A DNA stretch of 64,000 bases from Candidatus Hydrogenedentota bacterium (GTDB lineage: Bacteria; Hydrogenedentota; Hydrogenedentia; Hydrogenedentales; SLHB01), in the NCBI GenBank assembly GCA_045863295.1, contig BTWA01000001.1:96001-160000 (forward strand). Reading direction: 5' to 3'. The notes beneath the pieces were generated by a model that searched no databases, was not told the origin of the DNA, and saw only the letters and a list, made by a program, of their open reading frames with translations. Both the position numbers and the translations under genes were made by a program. This document shows, piece after piece, positions 18,771-27,161 of the stretch. Numbering within the stretch: the first letter of the stretch is position 1; every line of letters begins with the position of its first letter.

Positions 18771-21700
18771 ATGGACGTGCGCCCCCCAACGAAAATCCCA
18801 CGATCGCCGCTACGCAAGTGGTTGTGGCCAGTTGTCGCTCTTGGAATCCTTGTCATTGTAATCAAAGGCGGCGAATGGGCCATGGGCGCCGATCGGTATC
18901 GTCCGTTGTTGGAAGAGCGCCTCACCCGGTGGACCGGGCAACCTGCCTCAATAGCGCGCTTGGACATTGATCTTCTGCCAATCCCGACGCTGACCGCTTC
19001 CTCCGTATCGCTGGGAAGCGGAGATTTTCGTGCCGAATCCCCCATGGTATCCGCCCGCATTGACCTGACGGCGTTGGCGCGTGGCATTCTGGATATTTCC
19101 CGGATCCACGTCTACGACTTGATAGTTGTTCTACCGGAAAAGCCTGCAGACGCCGCGGAAAAACTAAAGACCCTTGGCCCGGAAAAGCAGTCCCAGCCGC
19201 AAGGACAATCGCCTTTCGACGTGACTCTGACTCGCATCGAGGCCGATGCTGCGAAACTCTTTCTTGGCCAACAGGCAAAAGAGCCGGTGCTTGTGGCCGA
19301 AGTCGCGGTGGAGAACGTGCTCGAACCTGCAATTTTCATCCACGGAGATGGCGCGCTAATCGGATATGGGGAAGGCGCGAGGATTCGCACGGATCTTCAA
19401 ATCGATACGAAGGCCGGTGGCGAAATCAAGGTTGGGGTGAGCGGTACTTTCTCCATAGACCGGATCGACACAGGCATGCTGTTACCTGATTCGCCGGCGC
19501 CGGCGCTGGTGGCGAACATGTATGGAACCATTGAGCGAACGGGCCCGGCGTTGGTGGCGCTCACCATTGGCGGTTCCGCGGCTCCGGTTCAAAAGGATCC
19601 ACGCCTCGATGCATTGTCCGGAGCTTTTGAAGGCGCAAAGGCGTGGTGGGACAATGGCGACATCATTGTCAATGATTTTCACTGGGCATCGCCTGGCATG
19701 GACGCCGTGTCGGATATTACGGTGGGTATCGATCAGAATACGTCCGTGCTTGTGAACACGTTCTCCATGAATGCGGCAGGCATTGAAGCCGTACTTTCTG
19801 CAAATCCGCCGGGCAATTTCACGGTCACCGCCGATCCCGGGGCGGTTTTTACCGCACGGGACATCACCTTCGACATCGACCCCTCGCGTCATTTAATCCT
19901 CGGATCCGGTACGGGAGAGTTCTCGGGCATCCATTTGGCCATCGACGATGGTGCCCGGGCCTTCAGCGATATCCATGGAAGGCTGTCGGTTGCCAATCGG
20001 TCACTTGTGATCGAAAATCTCGTGAGCGAGGGGTTTACGATAAGCGGTACGGTTACACCCGACTTTGCTGACCAGTCCTACGGCCTTGACCTGAAGGGCG
20101 AACTCGTATTGACACGAGAGCGGGTCTTGGGCTTTGTCGATGCCAACGGACTCAGCGAGGCGCAGGGTACGCTGCGGGTGTCGCGGTTTACGGCCTCTGT
20201 CGTTTCCGGTGAAGGGGCGCCAAATGACTTGCGGATCGAAGGGGACATTTCCGGGGGCGTGCTGGGTTTCGATACAGAGGGTTGGAAGGATCGGCTTACT
20301 CAAATAGAAGGCACGTTCGCAGCCGAGGCGGATTCGGTGGCCACGCAACTTGCGGCCAAGTCCCAACAGCTTGGGGATGTGTCGGTCAAAGGCAGCTACC
20401 TGATTGAACAAAAGAGATGGGACGGCACGGTATCTGGCGACCTCACAGCGGTAAAGGTGTCGTTTGGCGAAAGCGATGCCGCGAAGAAAATCACGCCTGA
20501 CGTGCTTAGGGCATTTGGTTCGTCTACGTTTCACACGATTGTGACGTTACCTGAATCCGAGAATGGCCCCATTACCCTTGAGGCGGCGCGTAGTGGTGTG
20601 CCGCGTCTCAATGCCGATATCACATGGTCGTATCTCGACGATGCGTATGGCTTGGGCGAACTTAGTCTGGACGCTGACCTCCCGGCGGATGCCGTCCGGA
20701 GCGTGTTACCCGAGAGTCTTATTGCGAGCGGCCCGGTGGCTGTGCAAGTTGATGCGCAGGTGACACAGGAGACCCTGGCGGCAACAGTTGATATGACGGA
20801 GGCCAGCCTCGAGATAGGATCTGATTTTCAAAAGGAGACCGGCACGCCGGCAGTCCTGCATTTAACCGGCACATCCGGGGCGGGCCAGTGGGCAGCCGAT
20901 ACGCTCACCCTTGATCTCGATGGGCAGACGATCTCGGGCCGGATGGAAAAAGATCGGTTTGTATCCGACGATATCCACGTCGACCTCTCTGGATTGAACA
21001 GCCTGCTCAGGGATGGACGCAAGACATCGGGCACAATCTCCGGGCGCTTTACTTCCGCACCAGCCACTGCCGACTTGACCCTGTCCAACGCGCACCTCGA
21101 TTGGTCACAGGATGTGGGTCTAGGTCCTGTAAACGGTCGCATTGTATTGGGTGAGAACGGAGTGGCTTTTCACAGTCTTGTGGTACACGGCGCTAATTCC
21201 GATTGCGAACTGAACGGCGAAGAACGCGCCGGCGCTTGGTCGGGATCGCTGCAGGGCGACCAGCTTGACCTCAATGCCATCGAAGCCTTGTACACGGCAA
21301 TTACGAAACTGACCGTCGAATCCGAAGAGACAGCGGAAACCGCGACCACAAAGCCAGCCTCACCGCCGAAGCGCGGTTCCTTTACGGTTAACCTCGGCAG
21401 AGTTCTCTATCGCCGGGCTCAATTCACCGACGCAAGCGCGACCGTGCGATTCGACGAAAAGGGATTTCACATAGACAAGCTCTCCGCGGTTCCCGGCTCG
21501 GGTTCATTGCACGGCAACGTGGATTTCTCAAGAGGAACCAAGGGAGCACCGGGCCAAATCCGTACAGTCGTCTCCCTCGACCACGTGGATGCCCGGACGC
21601 TGGATGGCCTCGCCTTTGCCGAGTCGAGGGACATCGCGGGACAATTGACCGGCAGTATAGATCTGGTGATGCCGGCCGGCGGAGGAGCGACGCCCATCCA

Positions 21701-22325
21701 TGGTGCGAACGGTGTCATTCGGTTTACGGGAGAATCGGGTTCCTTTGGCAAATTGGGTATCGCCACCAAAGTGGTGACCCTTCTGCGCACAACAGAAATT
21801 ATCAAGTTGCGTCTGCCATCCGTGCGCGACAAAGGTTTGACCTTTGATACATGCCAGGGGGAGTTGGTATTTGAAAACGGAGTCATGCGTTTGGCGCATT
21901 TCGAGGCACGTACCCCGAGCTATGAAATCAAAGCGGCGGGTCAGACCGATTTTCCCCGTGATGCTATGGACCTTGAGATTGTTTTCAATCCCATGGAAAC
22001 AGTAACCGGTGTCGCCAAACCAATACCCATATTGGGCGAAATCATCGGAAAAGTCGGTGCCATTGGCGGCATTCCCATCAAGGCCACCGGGCCGATAGCC
22101 GACCCCAAGGTGGGAATATCTGCCGTTGGAATCCTCACACGGGCACTGCCAACGGGCAAGGTAGAGTCCGCAGAACCACCGGCTGGCGAGTTCGAAACCC
22201 TGGATGCGGGAGCAACGCCACCGGCCGTCGAAGCGCCCACCGGTGGCGAAGCAGGCGTAGAAAACTCACTGAGCGATGAATTGATCGAAAAGGCCTCGGA
22301 AGCCGTACGCGACTTGGTTCGATAG
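18771..22325 (+). CDS. AsmA-like / YhdP-type envelope protein
   Basis: 1184 aa; N-terminal TM helix, beta-rich body; C-terminal TFDTCQGELVFENGV...IPILGEII...IKATGPIADPKV is typical of AsmA-like C-termini. Confidence 0.8.
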   Translation: MDVRPPTKIPRSPLRKWLWPVVALGILVIVIKGGEWAMGADRYRPLLEERLTRWTGQPASIARLDIDLLPIPTLTASSVSLGSGDFRAESPMVSARIDLTALARGILDISRIHVYDLIVVLPEKPADAAEKLKTLGPEKQSQPQGQSPFDVTLTRIEADAAKLFLGQQAKEPVLVAEVAVENVLEPAIFIHGDGALIGYGEGARIRTDLQIDTKAGGEIKVGVSGTFSIDRIDTGMLLPDSPAPALVANMYGTIERTGPALVALTIGGSAAPVQKDPRLDALSGAFEGAKAWWDNGDIIVNDFHWASPGMDAVSDITVGIDQNTSVLVNTFSMNAAGIEAVLSANPPGNFTVTADPGAVFTARDITFDIDPSRHLILGSGTGEFSGIHLAIDDGARAFSDIHGRLSVANRSLVIENLVSEGFTISGTVTPDFADQSYGLDLKGELVLTRERVLGFVDANGLSEAQGTLRVSRFTASVVSGEGAPNDLRIEGDISGGVLGFDTEGWKDRLTQIEGTFAAEADSVATQLAAKSQQLGDVSVKGSYLIEQKRWDGTVSGDLTAVKVSFGESDAAKKITPDVLRAFGSSTFHTIVTLPESENGPITLEAARSGVPRLNADITWSYLDDAYGLGELSLDADLPADAVRSVLPESLIASGPVAVQVDAQVTQETLAATVDMTEASLEIGSDFQKETGTPAVLHLTGTSGAGQWAADTLTLDLDGQTISGRMEKDRFVSDDIHVDLSGLNSLLRDGRKTSGTISGRFTSAPATADLTLSNAHLDWSQDVGLGPVNGRIVLGENGVAFHSLVVHGANSDCELNGEERAGAWSGSLQGDQLDLNAIEALYTAITKLTVESEETAETATTKPASPPKRGSFTVNLGRVLYRRAQFTDASATVRFDEKGFHIDKLSAVPGSGSLHGNVDFSRGTKGAPGQIRTVVSLDHVDARTLDGLAFAESRDIAGQLTGSIDLVMPAGGGATPIHGANGVIRFTGESGSFGKLGIATKVVTLLRTTEIIKLRLPSVRDKGLTFDTCQGELVFENGVMRLAHFEARTPSYEIKAAGQTDFPRDAMDLEIVFNPMETVTGVAKPIPILGEIIGKVGAIGGIPIKATGPIADPKVGISAVGILTRALPTGKVESAEPPAGEFETLDAGATPPAVEAPTGGEAGVENSLSDELIEKASEAVRDLVR

Positions 22326-22437
22326 CCGCCGGTGGTTGCGCCAAGTCCGGCGATTGGCTCCAAAATGACCTGAACCCAGCAACCTGTTATACTTGCGGCC
22401 GCCCGAATCCGGGATGTGCTGATTCCGCGCGCACCGG

Positions 22438-23406
22438 GTGCAACGAGTATTCAACGAGGACTTCACAACCATGAATGGTGTGGCATATCCACTGACCGAC
22501 GGCCCCCCCAGGGTTCAAATTCAAACCCAGGCCGGGTGCAATGGCCGTTGCGTGTTTTGTCCCAACGAAGAACTCCTGGCCACGGACATGCCGCACGGCA
22601 AGATGTCGTGGGAACTGTTCACAAAGATCATTGACGAATTGGCCACAATGCCGCCGCGACGGATCGGGCTGTACATGATGAACGAACCGCTCTCCGACAA
22701 GCGCATGCCGGAGTTTGTGAGGTACGTGTCGGAGAAGATCCCGAGCACCAAATCGCAGATTATCACCAATGGCACTGCATTGAATGAAACCATGGCGGAA
22801 GCCCTGATCGACGCGGGGCTCAAGGAATTGAAGTGCAGTCTGCAATCGCTCGACCCTGAGACCAACAAGCAAATCATGGGATACGAGAGCACGAAAGTCA
22901 TCGAAAATTGCATCAATTTCAAGAAGGCGTTGAAACGCAAGCGGTCCAAGCTTGAGTTCCGTGTTTCGATGGTGGTGCAAAAGAGCAACGTGGACGACAT
23001 TCCAAAGATACGAAAGTTTTGGGACCGGCACCGGGTGCGGCTCGTAACCTCTGCCTTGGAGAATCGCGGCGGAAACATCAAGGCGGCGTCCGAGATGAAC
23101 ATCGGCGAAATGAAATCCATGGGCAACTGCATCCGTCCTTCGCGGGACCTGATGATACTTTACAATGGTGACGTGCCGTTGTGTTGTGTGGATTGGTTCC
23201 GAACCACCATTCTGGGGAATGTGGAGCGGCAGTCTATCCGCGAGGTTTGGCACGGAGACGCGGTGCAGCGGATTCGTGACGGATTGCGGGAAGGCGATGT
23301 GACCAAGTTGCCGGATATATGCCGTAACTGCGGCGAAAGTGCGGTGCCTCATATGCATCGCCGGGGATTGAAGGGCATCCTGAGCCGGCTGGCTGCGGCA
23401 TTCTGA
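22438..23406 (+). CDS. Radical SAM protein with SPASM/twitch domain
   Basis: CNGRCVFC, NEPL and ITNG; C-terminal CIRP...NGDVPLCC...LGNV...CRNC. Start may instead be ATG 22471. Confidence 0.92.
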   Translation: MQRVFNEDFTTMNGVAYPLTDGPPRVQIQTQAGCNGRCVFCPNEELLATDMPHGKMSWELFTKIIDELATMPPRRIGLYMMNEPLSDKRMPEFVRYVSEKIPSTKSQIITNGTALNETMAEALIDAGLKELKCSLQSLDPETNKQIMGYESTKVIENCINFKKALKRKRSKLEFRVSMVVQKSNVDDIPKIRKFWDRHRVRLVTSALENRGGNIKAASEMNIGEMKSMGNCIRPSRDLMILYNGDVPLCCVDWFRTTILGNVERQSIREVWHGDAVQRIRDGLREGDVTKLPDICRNCGESAVPHMHRRGLKGILSRLAAAF

Positions 23407-23566
23407 ATCCGCGCGCGTAGGTCGTTCGGATGGGTGGGCGTGCCTCAGGCAACAGCCGGCACAAGTTCGATGTCACTCGCATTACGTTATTCGCCGTCAA
23501 GAAGCGTTAGGGCATGCGTCGCCGGACACAAACAGTGACCACGTTACAAGGCGAAAGGGGAATCTC

Positions 23567-23842
23567 ATGAGCAGCGAAGACCTGGATATGCGATTTGCGC
23601 AGGCCGCCGAAGACGTGACGAAGCTGCCCGAAGCGCCAGATAACACGATTATGCTGCAACTATACGGATTGTTTAAACAAGCAACCAAGGGCGATTGCGA
23701 TGGAAAGCGCCCTGGAATTCTCGATTTAATCGGGCGCGCCAAATACGATTCCTGGGCGGAAAACAAGGGGACACCCCAGGAAACTGCCAAAGAGAAGTAC
23801 ATTGCATTGGTCGCTGAATTGAAAAGCAACGTGGGAAAGTAA
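23567..23842 (+). CDS. Acyl-CoA-binding protein (ACBP)
   Basis: LQLYGLFKQATKGD, RPGILDLIGRAKYDSW and AKEKYI. Confidence 0.95.
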   Translation: MSSEDLDMRFAQAAEDVTKLPEAPDNTIMLQLYGLFKQATKGDCDGKRPGILDLIGRAKYDSWAENKGTPQETAKEKYIALVAELKSNVGK

Positions 23843-23865
23843 TCCACCGGGGAAGGAATCGCGAC

Positions 23866-24708
23866 ATGAAAGTGGGCGTCAATCTGTTGCTGTGGACGGG
23901 CGTGGTGACGGAGAAAGAGTTGGACTTATTGCCGGTCATCAAATCTTGGGGCGCAGATGGCGTGGAACTGCCGATGTTTTCGCCTGATGCGTCTCCCTGG
24001 AAGACCGTGGCCAAGGCGTGTGATGACCACGGCCTGGGCAGGTCGACCGTGGCGGTGTTGCCTCCGGGCGCCAATCTCATTGGAGACGAAGCCGCCGAAC
24101 GCAAAGCGGCGGTCGATTTCCTGAAGGCCTGTGTCGATGCCAGTGCAAGCATGGGCGCCGACGTGTTGTGCGGTCCGGTATACAGTCCGGTGGGACGTCT
24201 TGTAGGTCGTGGCCCGACTGATGAAGAGCGTGCCCGGTGCATTGAGGGGTTGAAGTCGGTCGGCGAGCATGCCAAAGGCACTGGCGTAAAAGTCGCCGTC
24301 GAACCGTTGAACCGGTTCGAGACCTACTTTCTCAACACGCAGTCTGATACCGCAAAAATCGTTGACGCGGTGGGCCTTGATTCCATCGGTCAAATGTTTG
24401 ACACCTTTCATGCAAACATAGAAGAGAAAGACGTGGCAAAGTGCATTGCCGATGGCGGCAAACGCATCGTGCATGTGCATATTTCGGCCAACGATCGCGC
24501 CACCCCTGGCGAAGATCATATCGATTATGTCTCGCCAATGAAGGCGTTGAAAACCATCGGATACAACGGATGGCTGACCCTGGAGGCGTTTGGACAACGC
24601 CTGCCCGAGCTTGCCGCGGCTACGTGCATCTGGCGCAAGATGGCGCCGAGTGAAGAATACATCGCCGAACACGGCGCGAAGTTCATCAAGAAGTTGATTC
24701 AATCGTGA
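23866..24708 (+). CDS. D-psicose/D-tagatose 3-epimerase family sugar epimerase
   Basis: DGVELP, EPLNRFE, DTFHANIEE, HVHISANDR and LEAF. Confidence 0.9.
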   Translation: MKVGVNLLLWTGVVTEKELDLLPVIKSWGADGVELPMFSPDASPWKTVAKACDDHGLGRSTVAVLPPGANLIGDEAAERKAAVDFLKACVDASASMGADVLCGPVYSPVGRLVGRGPTDEERARCIEGLKSVGEHAKGTGVKVAVEPLNRFETYFLNTQSDTAKIVDAVGLDSIGQMFDTFHANIEEKDVAKCIADGGKRIVHVHISANDRATPGEDHIDYVSPMKALKTIGYNGWLTLEAFGQRLPELAAATCIWRKMAPSEEYIAEHGAKFIKKLIQS

Positions 24709-24847
24709 CCGCTTGAACCTGGATTTGGTGGACCGTCGTCGTGTTTCTCAGCTCATTGATCTCCCGTCCCGCGCACTTTCGCGCGGAGCAGGGTAGTGAG
24801 GATTTCCATCCGTAGCGAGTACTCCCCCCGTTTAAGGAGTTTTTACC

Positions 24848-26851
24848 ATGTTCCGACTGTCGTGCATCTGCCTCGTAGCGTATGCCGTGGGTGCCGCACT
24901 TGCCGCCGCGCAGCACACAATTCACGTTTCACCGGATGGCGCCAATGGAGCGCTGACAACGGTTCACGCTGCGCAAGAGGCTGTGCGCGCTTTGAAGAAG
25001 GACGCACCCCTGACACAGCCGGTACAGGTCGTCATCCATGCGGGAACTTATCCGCTGGATCAACCGTTGGCCTTTACCCCTGACGATTCCGGCACGGCTG
25101 ATGCCCCGGTCACGTATGTCGCCGCGCCAGGCGCGAAGCCGGTGCTGAGCGCGGGACGAGTCATCACTGGATGGCGCGAAGTGGACGGCAAATGGGTTGC
25201 CGATCTGCCAGAGACAAAGAACGGCGCCTGGGTGTTCAGCTCGCTGTGGGTGAACGGCAAGCTACGTACACTCGCTCGCACTCCCAACGAAGGATTTCAT
25301 CTCACGGCCGGAAAAGTCGCGGGTGCGCAGGATGCCGAAGGAAAATGGACCGATGTGGCCTACCGTGCGTTCGTGTTCAAGCCCGGCGATATTCAACACT
25401 GGGAAGGCGGCGGGAATGCGCGCGTGGTGGCTATCCATTCCTGGGATACCTCGCACTTCCGCATCGAGTCGATCGACAATGCCACAAACACAGTAACTCT
25501 CGCCGGAAAGACGTCGTGGCCCTATGAACATTGGGGACCGGAGCAGCGGTACTTTGTGGAAAACTTTCCGCAAGCACTGGACGCACCGGGCGAATGGTAT
25601 CTCGACACTGTTAATGGAGTGGTGACCTATATTCCGATGCCGGGCGAGACCCTCGATAACACAACGATAGTGGCGCCAAAGTTGGCGAGCGTGGTCACCT
25701 TCTCCGGTGATGCGGCCAACGCCACGCACGTAGAGCATGTGACGTTGGACGGACTTGTTCTAAAGCACGCGGATCACACGATCGGGCCGGATGGTTTTAC
25801 GAACCAACAAGCAGCCTGGAGCGTGCACGGAGCGATTCAAGGGCAAGGCGCGCGCAACGTAGCGATCAAAAACTGCGAGATAACGGAGTCCGGCACGTAT
25901 GGGATTTGGTTCCAGCAGCAATGCGAAGACATTGCCATAGTCCACAACAACATCCACGATATGGGGGCCGGTGGCGTTCGTATCGGGCACATGGGCAACG
26001 ATCCCACCGTGCGCGCGACCATCGACAATAATTGGATTCACGACCTTGGCCAAATCTATCCGGCCGCGGTGGGCGTCTGGATCGGGCGAAGCTCGCACAA
26101 TACTATCTCGCACAACCGGATTCACGACTTCTATTACACCGGCATTTCGATCGGCTGGTCGTGGGGATACGACGAATCGTCGGCTAACCACAACGTCATC
26201 GAATACAACCACGTGTACAATCTCGGGAAAGGCCTGCTGAGCGACATGGGCGGCATTTACTTGTTGGGCATTGCGCCCGGCACAACTGTGCGCAACAACG
26301 TCTTTCACGACATTGAATCGTTCTACTACGGCGGATGGGGCATCTATCCCGACGAAGGAAGCAGCGAACTGCTGATCGAAAACAACATCGCATACAACAC
26401 GAAGACTGGCGGGTTTCACCAGCATTATGGCCGCGAAAACATCGTGCGCAACAACATTTTTGCTTTCTCCAAGAATGCGCAAATCATGCGAACCCGCGAA
26501 GAAGATCACATCTCGTTCCGGTTTGAACGGAACATCGTCTATTTCGACAACGGCAACCTGCTCGGAAGCAACTGGAAGAATGAAAAGTTCGTCATCAACA
26601 ACAACTGCTATTGGGACACTTCCGGAAAAGGATTCACCTTTGCGAATGCCACGCTGGACGAATGGCGGGCCCGCGGCCACGACGTGAACTCCATTATCGA
26701 AGATCCGCTGTTCATCAACGCCGAAGCCCGTGATTTCAGCCTGAAGCCCGAATCGCCGGCGATCAACACCATTGGTTTTGCCCCCATCGATACCTCCAAA
26801 GTGGGTCTCTACGGCGAAGCGGAATGGGTCAACGCACCGAACGGGAAATAG
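24848..26851 (+). CDS. Secreted right-handed beta-helix protein (GH141-like)
   Basis: Signal peptide; LARTPN, LDAPGEWYLD, YTGISIGWSWG, DMGGIY and GIYPDEGSS; parallel beta-helix repeats. Confidence 0.85.
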   Translation: MFRLSCICLVAYAVGAALAAAQHTIHVSPDGANGALTTVHAAQEAVRALKKDAPLTQPVQVVIHAGTYPLDQPLAFTPDDSGTADAPVTYVAAPGAKPVLSAGRVITGWREVDGKWVADLPETKNGAWVFSSLWVNGKLRTLARTPNEGFHLTAGKVAGAQDAEGKWTDVAYRAFVFKPGDIQHWEGGGNARVVAIHSWDTSHFRIESIDNATNTVTLAGKTSWPYEHWGPEQRYFVENFPQALDAPGEWYLDTVNGVVTYIPMPGETLDNTTIVAPKLASVVTFSGDAANATHVEHVTLDGLVLKHADHTIGPDGFTNQQAAWSVHGAIQGQGARNVAIKNCEITESGTYGIWFQQQCEDIAIVHNNIHDMGAGGVRIGHMGNDPTVRATIDNNWIHDLGQIYPAAVGVWIGRSSHNTISHNRIHDFYYTGISIGWSWGYDESSANHNVIEYNHVYNLGKGLLSDMGGIYLLGIAPGTTVRNNVFHDIESFYYGGWGIYPDEGSSELLIENNIAYNTKTGGFHQHYGRENIVRNNIFAFSKNAQIMRTREEDHISFRFERNIVYFDNGNLLGSNWKNEKFVINNNCYWDTSGKGFTFANATLDEWRARGHDVNSIIEDPLFINAEARDFSLKPESPAINTIGFAPIDTSKVGLYGEAEWVNAPNGK

Positions 26852-26894
26852 CGGGTTCTGGCTCCAGTGGGAAAGCGGGAAAAGAGGCACCCGC

Positions 26895-26923
26895 TTGCGG
26901 GATCGTGGTTTTTGCAGTATAGT
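26895..26923 (+). promoter_or_regulatory. Candidate sigma70 promoter ahead of the structured leader
   Basis: TTGCGG-N17-TATAGT. Confidence 0.5.
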
Positions 26924-26940
26924 CACTATGGTACGTTATA

Positions 26941-27070
26941 GGCGGATCGGGGTTAGGGTACCGCCTTAAGTACCGGGTAATGGCAAGGACCGTGCCGGGC
27001 AATGCACACGGCCCGACTCCAGCAATGGAATGAAGGTTGCGGCTTTCCCCTCTCTTCACTCCGTCCGCCA
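26941..27070 (+). ncRNA. Candidate structured RNA or cis-regulatory leader, family unknown
   Basis: Closing stem GGCGGA/TCCGCC plus CGGGGT/ACTCCG; inner CCGC/GCGG, CGGG/CCCG and CCGTG/CACGG helices; TCCA-GCAA-TGGA GNRA hairpin. Confidence 0.4.
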
Positions 27071-27161
27071 TACGCAGAATGCCGGTCGATTTGAATTCGG
27101 AGCCGGGCCTGAAGAAGGGCCGGGCGAATGACATAGTTATGGCGGATGCGACAGAGTTGCT

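Noticed and set aside
23407..23566. RiPP precursor peptide for the radical SAM/SPASM enzyme
   Set aside because: No convincing short ORF with an RBS, and no RRE, peptidase or transporter nearby.
27105..27115. GGCCTGAAGA shared with the pilin 5'UTR hairpin near 8210
   Set aside because: A 10-nt match with only two copies is compatible with chance.
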